Assembly (NCBI GenBank): GCA_902801025.1
Contig: CADCGZ010000028.1
Span: 2,264 to 66,263, forward strand
From: an uncultured bacterium
Lineage (GTDB): Bacteria > Verrucomicrobiota > Kiritimatiellia > RFP12 > UBA1067
Reading direction: 5' to 3'
Length of the DNA stretch: 64,000 nucleotides
Under the pieces are notes generated by a model, which was not told the DNA's origin, did no database searches, and worked only from the letters and a program-made list of their open reading frames with translations. Position numbers and translations under genes: made by a program. Positions 28,881 through 39,144 of this stretch are shown in pieces (position 1 is the stretch's first letter; every line of letters begins with the position of its first letter).

Positions 28881-31238
28881 ATGGACATGGTAACCCTGCT
28901 GCTTGCGGCTACAATCGCATTGCCGCCTTTTGGAGACGTCAAGGTCGTCGACGAGGTCGACTGCACCAAGACCGATCACCGCTTCGCGGACTGGCCGAAG
29001 GGCGCAAGCCGCGTGGAGACGGTTCTCGGAAAGCCCTGCCGCGTCCTCGACGTGCAGTCGGAGACGGCGTCCTACCTCGACTGGCGACTTGGCGAGGGCA
29101 AGGGGCTCAAGCCGAACGCCGCCTACGTCGTAGTGATCGAGTATCCGGACGACAAGCCGCGCGCGTTCCATGTCCGCAACTACGGCAACAACTCGCGCCG
29201 TTCGTTCTACACCGGGCGTTCCAACGGCGACGCCTTCGAGGGACCGATCGTCCACCACAAGCCAGAGTCGCTCAATATTCCCCAGTCCGGCAAATATGAG
29301 AGGTGGACGTCGCTCACCTTCCTCGGCGAGAAGGCCGCGAACCGCCGCGACCTCGGGAAAGACATGGCTGCGAAGACAGGCGAGAAGCCGCAGCTCGACA
29401 TTGCGACCGACGGCTTCGAAGTCGCGATCTCCCAGTACAAGCGCCATTGGCATCCTTGCTCCGAGGGCATCGCGGTCTCCCGCATCCAGCTTTGCGAAAT
29501 TCTCGACGAGAAGGCGGCTTGGGCCAAGCTCAACCTGCCGCCCGCCCCGTTGCCGCGCCGACATATCTTCTGGCGCGAAGAGATGGCCGACGGCGTGATG
29601 GCCAAGGACAGTCTCTGCCCTGGCAACGGCGGCGTCGATTGGATCGAGCAGAAATTCCGCGCGATGAAGATCTTCGGCCAGAACACCTACTGCAAGGACC
29701 TTCTCGAGTTCGGCCACAACCAGCACTGGGACTGCAATTGGAAGCACGGCAAGCCGGGCGGCAAGAGCTGGAAGTGGATGTGGGCGTGCGACGCCTACTA
29801 CGCCGATCTTTGGACGAAGGTCGTTGCACTCGCCGTGGAGAAGTATGGGTTTGACCTCCTTCCCTACTACGAGTACGGCGGGGCGGCCGGAGATCCCAAG
29901 GAGGCACTTGGCCCCCAGAAGCGCGCCGAACCGCTCGACATCGACAACAAGCCCGACCGCAAGGCACGGGGCGCGAACTACACGCACATCTGGTGGTCCG
30001 AGGGCAAGCTTCGTGTCGACATCACCGACCCAGACACTCTCGAAGAGCTCAAGTACATCCTCGAAGGCACGATACTCCGCTACAAGGATCTGGTCGACAA
30101 GGGGGCTTTCGTGGGCGCACTGATGCGTCCGCGTCCTGGGCACTGGGCGATCAGCTTCTCCGACAAGACGCGCGCGCGCTTTGCGAAGGAGGAGAACGGC
30201 GGCAAGGCCGTCTCGCGCCAGGACCTCAAGAAGAACCGCGCACTCTACGACAAGTACATCGCCTGGTACGGCAAGAAGCGCGCGCAGTTCATGGACGAGA
30301 TACGCAAATACCTCGAGGAAAATGGCGTCAAGAACGCGATCTCCATTCTCGAGAACGACGATTCCGAGACCGGCTATCCCCTTGCGGACGGCGGCAGCAT
30401 GACGACCGACGATCTTGCCTACTGGAAGGAGAAGCTTCCCGGCAAGAAGATTGTCGACGTCAACGATCCGAGCGTCGTCGGGCAGCATCGCTACCTCAAG
30501 GCGCTTAGGACCCCGGCCAGCACCTGGGGTCCGTGGGAATGGCAGCATGCCTCGCCTGCCTGCGACCCGGAGCACTACAACGACCTCAAGAACGTCTGGA
30601 TAGCGCTGCCGTTCCACGCTCTCTTCACCGTGACCGACCCCGAATGCCTCTCCGCGTTTGCAAACGGCAACGGCACGGCGACGCTGATCCGCCACTACGA
30701 CCTCAACGAAGGCACTTTCGACAGCGAGCCGCTGCTCGATCCTAACGGCAATCCAGTCAAGAACGGGAAGGGCGAAGTCGAGAAGAAACCGATCACAGGC
30801 TACGCGATGGCCGACTGGGAACACGCCGGACGCGCCTGCATGATCGCCGAGATCAACGCGATGGCGAACGGCGACCCCGTAAACCTCGGCTATTTGATGG
30901 GCTCGAACTATACGCGCGGCTTCCCTGGACCGGTCAGGGAGTTCAACCAGAACTTCCTCGCGCTTCCTGCGCTTCCTTCGAAGGTCGTGAAGGGCGCATG
31001 CTCTGACCCAGAGGTGGTCTTGCGCGAGATCGACTGCTCGAAGCTTGGAGTCAAGGCGAAGTACTATGCCCTCGTCCACACTGGATGGAAGGAGAAGAGC
31101 GACGTCAAGGTCAAGATCCCCGGGGCGAAGGGCGAAGTCGAATTCGTCGCCTACGGCAAGACGAGGTCGCTCAAGGACGGTGCGCTTGCGTTCAAGACGC
31201 TGAAGCCGCTCCAGCTCATTGCGATCAAGGTGAAGTAG
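28881..31238 (+). CDS. Large hypothetical protein (785 aa), probably secreted/carbohydrate-active by context
   Basis: Protein-like composition on the + strand; the overlapping 817-aa minus-strand ORF is R/L/A-rich antisense. RBS aaggagg 8 nt upstream. Confidence 0.55.
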   Translation: MDMVTLLLAATIALPPFGDVKVVDEVDCTKTDHRFADWPKGASRVETVLGKPCRVLDVQSETASYLDWRLGEGKGLKPNAAYVVVIEYPDDKPRAFHVRNYGNNSRRSFYTGRSNGDAFEGPIVHHKPESLNIPQSGKYERWTSLTFLGEKAANRRDLGKDMAAKTGEKPQLDIATDGFEVAISQYKRHWHPCSEGIAVSRIQLCEILDEKAAWAKLNLPPAPLPRRHIFWREEMADGVMAKDSLCPGNGGVDWIEQKFRAMKIFGQNTYCKDLLEFGHNQHWDCNWKHGKPGGKSWKWMWACDAYYADLWTKVVALAVEKYGFDLLPYYEYGGAAGDPKEALGPQKRAEPLDIDNKPDRKARGANYTHIWWSEGKLRVDITDPDTLEELKYILEGTILRYKDLVDKGAFVGALMRPRPGHWAISFSDKTRARFAKEENGGKAVSRQDLKKNRALYDKYIAWYGKKRAQFMDEIRKYLEENGVKNAISILENDDSETGYPLADGGSMTTDDLAYWKEKLPGKKIVDVNDPSVVGQHRYLKALRTPASTWGPWEWQHASPACDPEHYNDLKNVWIALPFHALFTVTDPECLSAFANGNGTATLIRHYDLNEGTFDSEPLLDPNGNPVKNGKGEVEKKPITGYAMADWEHAGRACMIAEINAMANGDPVNLGYLMGSNYTRGFPGPVREFNQNFLALPALPSKVVKGACSDPEVVLREIDCSKLGVKAKYYALVHTGWKEKSDVKVKIPGAKGEVEFVAYGKTRSLKDGALAFKTLKPLQLIAIKVK

Positions 31239-31271
31239 TGCCTGCCTGACGCCGCGCCGCCATGAAACTTT

Positions 31272-31280
31272 TGGTATAAT
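31272..31280 (+). promoter_or_regulatory. Extended -10 box TGGTATAAT ~22 nt upstream of nusB
   Basis: cttttggtataatatgcatcaaaaggttctttgacATG. Confidence 0.4.
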
Positions 31281-31302
31281 ATGCATCAAAAGGTTCTTTG
31301 AC

Positions 31303-31755
31303 ATGGCGGCTACGCGCAGACAGGCCCGCGAATGGGCGATTCAGATGCTGACGGCGGCGGATCTGACGGCGGCGGATCTAAATCCGCCGGACGACGTCGG
31401 GCAGTTCATGGTTTCCTTCTGGGAAGAGCTTTCCTCTCTCGACAGCGAAGAGGGGAGAGCCAGTCCCAAGGGCGAGATGAAGGATTTCGCTGAAGCGCGC
31501 GTAGTTGGCGTCCTTGCTAACCAAAAGGAGATAGACGAGATACTTGTCCCGCTTCTTGCGAAATGGGATCTCTACCGCCTCGGCACAATCGAACGCGCCG
31601 TCCTCAGGATGGGTGTATGGGAAATGAAGTGGTCGGATGTTCCGAAGCCCGTAGTCATCAACGAGGCGATCGACCTTGCCAACTGGTTCTCTACCCCAAA
31701 GTCGAGGACGCTTATCAACGCCGTCCTCGACAAGTACGGTAAGGAACTGAAATAG
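31303..31755 (+). CDS. nusB: Transcription antitermination factor NusB
   Basis: ARE.A.Q.LY ... N..I.... family signature. Confidence 0.8.
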   Translation: MAATRRQAREWAIQMLTAADLTAADLNPPDDVGQFMVSFWEELSSLDSEEGRASPKGEMKDFAEARVVGVLANQKEIDEILVPLLAKWDLYRLGTIERAVLRMGVWEMKWSDVPKPVVINEAIDLANWFSTPKSRTLINAVLDKYGKELK

Positions 31756-31773
31756 TTCTTTCTGGTGATTTTT

Positions 31774-31800
31774 AACGCAGAGACGCAGAGGCGCAGAGAA
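31774..31800 (+). repeat. Family C half-element (taacgcagagacgcagaggcgcagag) in the nusB-ribD spacer
   Basis: Same arm as the in-frame pyrG/carB copies. Confidence 0.6.
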
Positions 31801-31802
31801 AA

Positions 31803-32819
31803 TTGGAGAGGGATGCTGAGTTTATGGAGAGGGCAGTCAAGCTTGCGGCGCGCGGGCTTGGACACACAAGGCCTAATCCCGCAGTCGGCGCAGTGATAGT
31901 GAAGGGCGGCAAGATAATCGGCGAGGGTTGGCACAAGAAAGCCGGAAAGGACCATGCTGAAGTCGCCGCGATCAAGAACGCGGCGCGGCGCGGCGCAAAG
32001 ATTCTCAAGGGCGCTACGATTTATGTGACATTGGAGCCGTGCTCGAAGCCGGGGCGAGTTGGCGCGTGCACAGACGCGATTGTCACCGCCGGAATCTCGC
32101 GCGTCGTATATGCGGTTCCCGATCCAAATCCGAAGAACCGCGGCAAGGCGAAGCGCGCTCTCGCGAAGCACGGGATTAAGTGCGAGCGGTTCAAGGGCGA
32201 TGCAGACATCTTGAAGTTGGCAGACGACTTGATTTGCGATTTCCGAAAGCACGTGACGACGGGGCTTCCGTATGTGATCGTGAAAATCGCCATGTCCCTC
32301 GACGGAAAGATCTGCGACGACTTTGGCAACGCGAAGTGGATATCGTCGGCGGACTCTCGCCGACTGACTGGCAGCACCTTGCGTGAAATCAACGATGCCA
32401 TCATGGTCGGTGCCGAGACGGTTCGCAAGGACAATCCTTCTCTGCTTTCGCATGGCCGGCGCAACAACGACCTTGTGCGCGTGATAATCTCGAAGAGCGG
32501 GAGACTCCCGAAAAACGCGCAGGTGTTCACTGACGGCGCTCCGAACAAGACGCTTGTCTTTGACGACGCGGCAAAGGCCGTTCGTGAGCTTGGCAAGATG
32601 GGAATCGTGTCCGTTCTCTGTGAAGGAGGCCTTAAGCTCGCGCGTTCTCTTGCGGAGGTCGGATTGGTCGACCAGTGGATAACGATAGTCGCGCCTGTCG
32701 TAATCGGGTCGCGTCCTATCGGCAAGGCCATTCGCGGCAGGCTCAACGTCGACGAAAGCTTCATTGCGTGCGGGGATTCGTTTGTGACGGTTGACTTTGA
32801 AAGGAGGGGAAGGCCATGA
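31803..32819 (+). CDS. ribD: Bifunctional riboflavin biosynthesis deaminase/reductase RibD
   Basis: CMP/dCMP deaminase zinc motif (HAEV...LEPCS..G) plus RibD C-terminal reductase domain. Confidence 0.85.
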   Translation: MERDAEFMERAVKLAARGLGHTRPNPAVGAVIVKGGKIIGEGWHKKAGKDHAEVAAIKNAARRGAKILKGATIYVTLEPCSKPGRVGACTDAIVTAGISRVVYAVPDPNPKNRGKAKRALAKHGIKCERFKGDADILKLADDLICDFRKHVTTGLPYVIVKIAMSLDGKICDDFGNAKWISSADSRRLTGSTLREINDAIMVGAETVRKDNPSLLSHGRRNNDLVRVIISKSGRLPKNAQVFTDGAPNKTLVFDDAAKAVRELGKMGIVSVLCEGGLKLARSLAEVGLVDQWITIVAPVVIGSRPIGKAIRGRLNVDESFIACGDSFVTVDFERRGRP

Positions 32820-34114
32820 CAATTAGGTTTTCAACAAGGGTCGCGCTGGCGGCCGCTGCGCTTGCCATGCTAGGTTGCACAGGTGGCTGCCTTTTTGTGG
32901 ATGGCGTGGAGATGCGCTCCATTTCCGTTGCCGAATACCGCGACAAGATGGCCGGCGCCTGGATAGGCCAGTCCGTTGGCGTTGCCTATGGGTGGCCGAC
33001 CGAGTTCAAGAGAAGCGGCGAGCTCTTCGACTGGGACGCGCTGCCGATCTGGAAGCCCGAGCTTGTAAACGAGACGTTTAACCAGGACGACCTCTACGTC
33101 GAGATGACCTTCATCAACACGCTTGATACGCGCGGCATCGACGTTGGCGTTCGCGAGGCAGGAATCGACTTCGCCAATTCGCGCTATCGGCTCTGGTGTG
33201 CGAATGCGAACGCGCGCGACAACTTGCGCCGCGGCATTGCCGCGCCGTCGTCTTCCCATCCGAAGAACCATCCGTCGACGGACGACATCGACTACCAGAT
33301 CGAAGCCGACTTCTCGGGAATTCTCGTCCCCGGCATGCCCTGGCGTGCGGTGAAGTTTGGCGAACAGTTCGGGCGCATAATGAACTATGGCGATGGACTT
33401 TATGCCGGCCAGTTCGTCGGCGCGCTTTACTCGATTGCATACTTCGAGACCGACCGCGTAAAGACTGTCGAAGCCGCTCTCCGTTGCATTCCCGCGGAAT
33501 CGCGTTACGCGAAGATGGTGCGCGACATGCTCGCGTGGTACGCCGCCGACCCAAAGGACTGGCGCAAGGCGTGGAAGCTCGCCGTCGACGCATACGGTCG
33601 CGACAAGGGCCCGAACATGGGCAAGGTCAGCTATTCAGCCATAGACGTGAAGATCAACGGTGCGATGGTGCTGCTTGGATACCTCTGGGGCGATGGCGAC
33701 ATCGAGAAGACGATGAAGATCTCCACATGCGGCGGGTACGATTCCGACTGCAATCCTTCAACCGCGCTCGGCATCCTCGGCGTGCAGATCGGCGCGAAGG
33801 CGTTTGGCGAGCAGTATGTCGGCAAACTCGACCACTCCAAGAAATGGGAGTTTACCGACTACACTTATGACGGGCTCCTCGCCGTGTGCGAGAAACTGAC
33901 GCGCCAACTCGTCGTCGCAGAAGGCGGCAAGATCAAAGGAAGCGGCGCCGACGAGCGCTTCCTCGTTCCTGTCCGCGACGTAGAAGTCGGACCGTTGCTC
34001 GATTCCTTCAAGCCTGGGCCAGGTGGCGATGAGCGCCTGACCGCCGAGGAGGCCGCGTCCATCCGTTACATTCCGTGCAAGAAGTGGGGCGGGCAGTCCG
34101 AGGAGAAGAAGTGA
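32816..34114 (+). CDS. ADP-ribosylglycohydrolase-family protein with an N-terminal signal/lipobox-like sequence, translationally coupled between ribD and ribE
   Basis: ARH-fold motifs (DDLYVEMTF, NYGDGLYAGQF, GGYDSDCN); ATGA overlaps at both ends (32816-32819 and 34112-34116). Confidence 0.7.
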   Translation: MTIRFSTRVALAAAALAMLGCTGGCLFVDGVEMRSISVAEYRDKMAGAWIGQSVGVAYGWPTEFKRSGELFDWDALPIWKPELVNETFNQDDLYVEMTFINTLDTRGIDVGVREAGIDFANSRYRLWCANANARDNLRRGIAAPSSSHPKNHPSTDDIDYQIEADFSGILVPGMPWRAVKFGEQFGRIMNYGDGLYAGQFVGALYSIAYFETDRVKTVEAALRCIPAESRYAKMVRDMLAWYAADPKDWRKAWKLAVDAYGRDKGPNMGKVSYSAIDVKINGAMVLLGYLWGDGDIEKTMKISTCGGYDSDCNPSTALGILGVQIGAKAFGEQYVGKLDHSKKWEFTDYTYDGLLAVCEKLTRQLVVAEGGKIKGSGADERFLVPVRDVEVGPLLDSFKPGPGGDERLTAEEAASIRYIPCKKWGGQSEEKK

Positions 34115-34770
34115 TGTTTACAGGTCTTGTCCAGCGAATCGGAACGGTCAAGCGTGTCTCGCGCGGGGTTGGGCTCGTTGTCGAGATCGCGGCGGATACG
34201 CCGCGTGACCGTCGTAGCCTTGGCGGAGACGGTTGGACGAAGCCGCTCGAAGAGGGCGAGTCGGTCGCAGTGAACGGCGTGTGCCTCACGGTAGTCAAGT
34301 GCGACGGCTCGCGATTCACGGCGGACGTCCTGAGAGAAACAGAGTCGCGCACGGGGCTCGGCGAGCTCGTGCCGGGTGCGAAGGTGAACCTTGAGCGCGC
34401 GCTTAGGGCGGGCGACGCGATGGGCGGGCATATCGTCCAGGGACATGTCGACTGTCGCGGCACAATTGCCGCGAAAGCGCCGAAGGGCCGCGACTTCCAA
34501 CTCAAGGTCAGGTGTGGCCGCGTTCTTGCGTCGCAATCGGTTCTCAAGGGCTCGATCGCAATCGACGGCGTGTCGCTCACGATTTCGGGGCTCGGCGACG
34601 ACTGGCTTGCGGTCGATCTCATTCCGACTACTGCGAAGGAGACGACGCTTGGCTCAAAGAAGGTCGGAGATTTCGTCAACCTCGAAGGCGACATAGTAGG
34701 GAAGTACGTGGCGAAGCAAACTGCCAGACAGGGCCTTACTGAAGAGGCGCTTCATGAGGCCGGTTTTTGA
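34114..34770 (+). CDS. ribE: Riboflavin synthase alpha subunit
   Basis: Duplicated lumazine-binding repeats (MFTGLVQ..G, NGVCLTV, GHVD..G, AIDGVSLTI). Confidence 0.85.
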   Translation: MFTGLVQRIGTVKRVSRGVGLVVEIAADTPRDRRSLGGDGWTKPLEEGESVAVNGVCLTVVKCDGSRFTADVLRETESRTGLGELVPGAKVNLERALRAGDAMGGHIVQGHVDCRGTIAAKAPKGRDFQLKVRCGRVLASQSVLKGSIAIDGVSLTISGLGDDWLAVDLIPTTAKETTLGSKKVGDFVNLEGDIVGKYVAKQTARQGLTEEALHEAGF

Positions 34771-34810
34771 TGCAGGACTGATTTTGACATAAAACGAAGG
34801 GGACAGGACA

Positions 34811-36670
34811 ATGAAAACGATAACAATTCTTGCCGCAGTCATGTCTGTTTCGAGTGTGGCTTCGGCTGGAACGATGCTTACTACCTGGGGAGAGAAGGTT
34901 ACGAGCGAGAACGCCTGGCGTGACTATCCACGCCCTCAGATGGTGCGCCAGAACTGGACCAACCTCAACGGAGAATGGGAGTATGCGGTGACGAGCGTGA
35001 CCAATACGCCCGGACGCCCCGAGCAATGGGACGGGAAGATCCGCGTACCGTTCTGCATCGAGTCTGCGCTTTCCGGCGTCGGGCGGCTTCTGGAACCCGA
35101 CGAGTTCCTTTGGTACACGCGCAAGATATCATGCGACCCGAAACCCGGCGAAAGAATGCTGCTCCACTTCGGCGGCGTAGACTTCCGCACGATGGTGTTC
35201 ATCGGGCATGACGAGGTGACGGATGTTCCGCACGAAGGCGGGCAGAATCCCTTTACGCTCGATATCACGGACTTCGTGAAGAAAGGCGAGAACGAGCTTA
35301 CCGTCTGCGTGTGGGATCCAACCGAGAGATTCATCAACTCCCGAGGCAAGCAGTGCTTCAAGCCCCACGGATGCTTCTACACGCGCGTCTCCGGAATCTG
35401 GCAGACGGTGTGGATGGAGACGGTGCCCGAGAAGTACATCTCCGGCTACAGCGTAGTTGCAGACATCGACAAGGGGGAAGTGACGCTAAGTTTTCGGGGA
35501 ACGGGGAACGGGGAACGGGGAACGGTTGAAATCGAGACCTCTGCGTCTCCGCGCCTCTGCGTTGAAAAGACATTTGCCCCCAACGAGCCGGTTACAGTCA
35601 AGTTGCCCAAGCCAGTTGAATTGTGGTCGCCGGAGAACCCGAAGCTCTACAACTTCACCGCGAAGTACGGCAAGGACGAGATCAAGGGCTACTTCGGCAT
35701 GCGCAAGTTCGAGAAGCGGGCTGACGCGAAGGGGATTCTTCGGTTCTTTCTCAACAACGAGCCATATTACGTGATGGGCACTCTCGACCAGGGATGGTGG
35801 CCGGACGGGCTCTTGACGCCGCCTTCGGAAGAGGCGATGGCGTTCGACATCAAGACCCTCAAGGACTGCGGCTTCAACACCATGCGCAAGCACATCAAGG
35901 TCGAGCCGTTCCGCTACTATGCACTCTGCGACAGGATGGGCCTTCTCGTGATACAGGACCTCCCGAGCGGCAACGGAAACGCGGTCGATCCAATTGGGGT
36001 TGGCGTCGTTCCGCGCTATGGCCTGCAGCGCCAGGAGATGAAAGAGATGATGGACGTCCTCCAGACATTCCCCTCGATCGTGATGTGGAACCCCTACAAC
36101 GAGGGATGGTCGCAGCCAGGCGAATTCCTTACTCATTCCATGCTTGACTTCGTGCGCCGCTACGACCGTACGCGTCTCGTGAACGGTCCAAGCGGGTGGT
36201 GGGACTGGGAAGGCGGGCATCTCCTTCCAAATGGCTGGGACTGGAACAGGCGTGTTCTTACGAATCACAGGCCGGAGGGCGAATGCGAGGCGGCTGACAC
36301 GGTGGATCTCCATCTCTACCGCGGCCCCGACATGCTTGCGGTGAATCCGCGCCGCATAAGTTTCCTTGGCGAGTTCGGCGGGCTCGGACATCCCGTAGAA
36401 GGGCATCTATGGAAGGAGGCCAAGGGCAGCTGGGGATATGGCGGCATTTCGGACACGAAGAATCGCGAAGGTCTTGAAAAGGCATATCTCGGCCTCATGA
36501 AAAAACTCGGCGATCTCGCGGAGAAGGGACTTGGCGGTTCTATCTACACGCAGACGACCGACGTTGAGATCGAGATCAACGGTCTCCTAACATACGACCG
36601 AAAGGTACTGAAGTACAATCCAGAAGTCCTCAAGGCCGCACATGAGGCGGTCATCAGGCGCACAAAATGA
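34811..36670 (+). CDS. Glycoside hydrolase family 2-like (beta-galactosidase/mannosidase/glucuronidase type), secreted, with in-frame family A and family C repeat insertions
   Basis: GH2 sugar-binding N-domain (NLNGEWEY.., LLHFGGVDF...VFIGHDEV) and catalytic TIM region (NEPYY..., MWNPYNEGW). Repeat insertion at 35496-35563 (GTGNGERGTVEIETSASPRLCVEK). Confidence 0.7.
   Translation: MKTITILAAVMSVSSVASAGTMLTTWGEKVTSENAWRDYPRPQMVRQNWTNLNGEWEYAVTSVTNTPGRPEQWDGKIRVPFCIESALSGVGRLLEPDEFLWYTRKISCDPKPGERMLLHFGGVDFRTMVFIGHDEVTDVPHEGGQNPFTLDITDFVKKGENELTVCVWDPTERFINSRGKQCFKPHGCFYTRVSGIWQTVWMETVPEKYISGYSVVADIDKGEVTLSFRGTGNGERGTVEIETSASPRLCVEKTFAPNEPVTVKLPKPVELWSPENPKLYNFTAKYGKDEIKGYFGMRKFEKRADAKGILRFFLNNEPYYVMGTLDQGWWPDGLLTPPSEEAMAFDIKTLKDCGFNTMRKHIKVEPFRYYALCDRMGLLVIQDLPSGNGNAVDPIGVGVVPRYGLQRQEMKEMMDVLQTFPSIVMWNPYNEGWSQPGEFLTHSMLDFVRRYDRTRLVNGPSGWWDWEGGHLLPNGWDWNRRVLTNHRPEGECEAADTVDLHLYRGPDMLAVNPRRISFLGEFGGLGHPVEGHLWKEAKGSWGYGGISDTKNREGLEKAYLGLMKKLGDLAEKGLGGSIYTQTTDVEIEINGLLTYDRKVLKYNPEVLKAAHEAVIRRTK
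35496..35525 (+). repeat. Family A oligomer (ggggaacggggaacggggaacgggg) in frame in the GH2 gene
   Basis: Identical core to the purF/carA/pyrG/carB copies. Confidence 0.65.
35538..35563 (+). repeat. Family C arm (cctctgcgtctccgcgcctctgcgtt) in frame in the GH2 gene, adjacent to the family A unit
   Basis: Matches the ctctgcgtctctgcgtt arm of the pyrG element. Confidence 0.55.
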
Positions 36671-36683
36671 CGAGGTGTTGTCA

Positions 36684-39098
36684 ATGAAGAGTGTCTGCAT
36701 CATGGCGGCCACCGCTGTCGCCGCTTTTGCCGCAACTGCGGCGGAATTCAGGGTCACTGCGCTTACGCCTGAATACATACTCGTTCAGGGCGACTGCTCG
36801 GCGGACGAAAACGCCGCGTTCTTCGCGGACCCTCGTTTCGAGGAGTCGAAGAGCGCCGGCGCGGACTGGCAGATAAGGCGCAAGCGCGTCGCCCTGCACG
36901 AAGACATCGTGAAAAAGGTTCGCGAACCGTTTGCGGAGAAGCTTAAGGCGATACAGGGTGTCGTCTCGTATTGGCCAGAGGCGGACGGCATGAAGCACTA
37001 CGTCGCCCCAGACGGCGACCACTTCAACCTGACGGCTGGCGAAGTGATACACAACGTCTTCGTGAAAGTCATGCCGATGAAGAAGGGTGACAGCGTAGAC
37101 CTCGGGGTGGCGGGCAAGTTTACCTACGACCCCGACGTGCCGTCGCCAGTCTTCAAGGTCAACCAAGTTGGCTATGCGCCAGATGCGCGCAAGTACGCGT
37201 ATGTCGGCGCATGGCTTGGAACGGCAGGCCCCTTGCCGCTTGCCGCGTTCAATGGAAAGCCGTTCGCCGTCGTCGACGCAAAGAGCGGCGCGAAGGTTCT
37301 CGAGGGGAAGCTTGCGCCGCGTGTAGCCGATCCGGTAAACAAGGATGGTACGCCTTTCACCGGCGAGGAGACGTTTGAGGCAGATCTGACGCAGCTCGAA
37401 AAGGAAGGGCGCTATTACATTTCCGTGGACGGCATAGGGCGCTCGATGGAGTTCTCCGTGTCGCGCGACGCGATCGCCGAGGCGTGGGGCCACCATATGC
37501 TTGGGCTTTTCAACAAGCGCTGCGGGATAGAGAAGAAGCCGCCTTGCACGCAGTGGACTTGCCCCGCCTGCCACCTTGACGTGATCCGTGGCGTACAGCC
37601 GCCGGACGAGTGGCAGTACGACAAGTACGTCGTTCCCGCGGACGGTCAGCCAATCGTCGGCAAAGACGGCAAGCCCTTCAAGTTCAAGCACTTCAACGTA
37701 ATAACCTCGAGCCGCGAGATGTGCGCGACTAACGAGCATCTTTCGCTCCCGGGCGGCTACCACGACGCGGCCGACTACGACCGCCGTCCGATGCACTTGC
37801 AGATTCCGCGTTCGCTCGCGCTCGACTATTTGCTAAAGCCGGGCAATTTCACCGACGGGCAGCTCTGCATTCCAGAGTCGGGAAACGGAATCCCCGACAT
37901 CCTCGACGAGGCGATGTGGGGCATAAAGCACCTTCTTGCCGCGCAGCAGAAGGACGGCGGCGTCGGCACGTGGATCGAGACGACGGGGCATCCCGGCGGC
38001 GAACATGCCGCGCCTCAGCACGAGGGGCTTCAGTACTATCTTTCGATTCCGACCCACAACTCGTGCTACGATTTCGCGGGAACTGTCGCGCTCGTCGCTC
38101 GCGCATTCAAGGCGGCGGGCCAGAAGAAGACAGCCGACATGCTTCTCGAACGGGCGATACAGGCGTGGAAATGGGCCGAGACGCACGGCCCCGTCGTGCA
38201 GCAGATGAAGGGATGCACAACCACCAAGTGGAAGGAAGGCCCGTGGGTCGATCTCGTCTACCGCGAGCCCGAGAACTGGTCGCCGCGTTACATGCTCACC
38301 GCCGCCCTCAACCTTTCCGCGCTCACGGGCGACATGCACTATTTCAATTCGGTGGCGAAGCGAAAGGACGACCTCCAGAAGGAGATCAACAAGTCGAGCT
38401 GGGGGTGGAGCGCGTACACGTTCCTCGAATTCGCCTTGAAGGACCAGCGCATTCCAGACGAACTTGAGCAGATCAGGAAGGACTGGATTCGCCGCCGCGT
38501 CAACACTGCGAACGAGTATCTTGACGAGCTCGAGAACGCCTATCCATACCGCACGCCGTGGTTTTCTGCGAAGCACGGTTTCGTCCACACGATGAGCTGG
38601 GGCAACAGCCATCCGCTTCGGCGCGCGGAGAGCTTTGTCGCGGCGCATGCGCTCACCGGCGATGCAAAGTATCTTGAGGGCGTGTATCTCGCAAACGACT
38701 TCCACAACGGGTGCAACCCGCGCGGCGAGTCTCTGACGAGCGGAATGGGCGTCGTCTATCCGGCGCGGTTCCTGGACCTTCAGAGCATGGACGACGGCAT
38801 CGCCGAATACGTCGGCGGCATAACGCCCTACAGGTGGACGTATGGCGTCGCGCAGGACGCGAAGAAGTACGTCTACGGCAACGACGTCGTGAAGCACTGG
38901 CCGATCTGGCGCCGTTTCGCGAACGTCGAGAGCTATTCCGTCGCGGCGAGCGAATACACGGTGTGGGAGACGATCCTTCCGCCAGCGGCCGTTCTTGGCT
39001 ACATGCTCGACGGCCCACGCAAAGTCCCAGCGGCTGTCTACTCGCGCAAACCCGCTGAACGGCTCTCAGACCTCCCTGGATACTGGGTAAAGCCGTAG
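36684..39098 (+). CDS. Glycoside hydrolase family 9-like endoglucanase with an N-terminal Ig-like domain, secreted
   Basis: Signal peptide; GH9-like GGYHDAADY and DEAMWGIKHL motifs; (alpha/alpha)6 barrel length. Confidence 0.6.
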   Translation: MKSVCIMAATAVAAFAATAAEFRVTALTPEYILVQGDCSADENAAFFADPRFEESKSAGADWQIRRKRVALHEDIVKKVREPFAEKLKAIQGVVSYWPEADGMKHYVAPDGDHFNLTAGEVIHNVFVKVMPMKKGDSVDLGVAGKFTYDPDVPSPVFKVNQVGYAPDARKYAYVGAWLGTAGPLPLAAFNGKPFAVVDAKSGAKVLEGKLAPRVADPVNKDGTPFTGEETFEADLTQLEKEGRYYISVDGIGRSMEFSVSRDAIAEAWGHHMLGLFNKRCGIEKKPPCTQWTCPACHLDVIRGVQPPDEWQYDKYVVPADGQPIVGKDGKPFKFKHFNVITSSREMCATNEHLSLPGGYHDAADYDRRPMHLQIPRSLALDYLLKPGNFTDGQLCIPESGNGIPDILDEAMWGIKHLLAAQQKDGGVGTWIETTGHPGGEHAAPQHEGLQYYLSIPTHNSCYDFAGTVALVARAFKAAGQKKTADMLLERAIQAWKWAETHGPVVQQMKGCTTTKWKEGPWVDLVYREPENWSPRYMLTAALNLSALTGDMHYFNSVAKRKDDLQKEINKSSWGWSAYTFLEFALKDQRIPDELEQIRKDWIRRRVNTANEYLDELENAYPYRTPWFSAKHGFVHTMSWGNSHPLRRAESFVAAHALTGDAKYLEGVYLANDFHNGCNPRGESLTSGMGVVYPARFLDLQSMDDGIAEYVGGITPYRWTYGVAQDAKKYVYGNDVVKHWPIWRRFANVESYSVAASEYTVWETILPPAAVLGYMLDGPRKVPAAVYSRKPAERLSDLPGYWVKP

Positions 39099-39128
39099 TG
39101 TCGTTATCATTGCAACTCTCCGAGTTTT

Positions 39129-39137
39129 TGGTATAAT
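39129..39137 (+). promoter_or_regulatory. Extended -10 box TGGTATAAT 7 nt upstream of the ATG at 39145 (leaderless)
   Basis: gagtttttggtataatttacttcATG. Confidence 0.45.
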
Positions 39138-39144
39138 TTACTTC

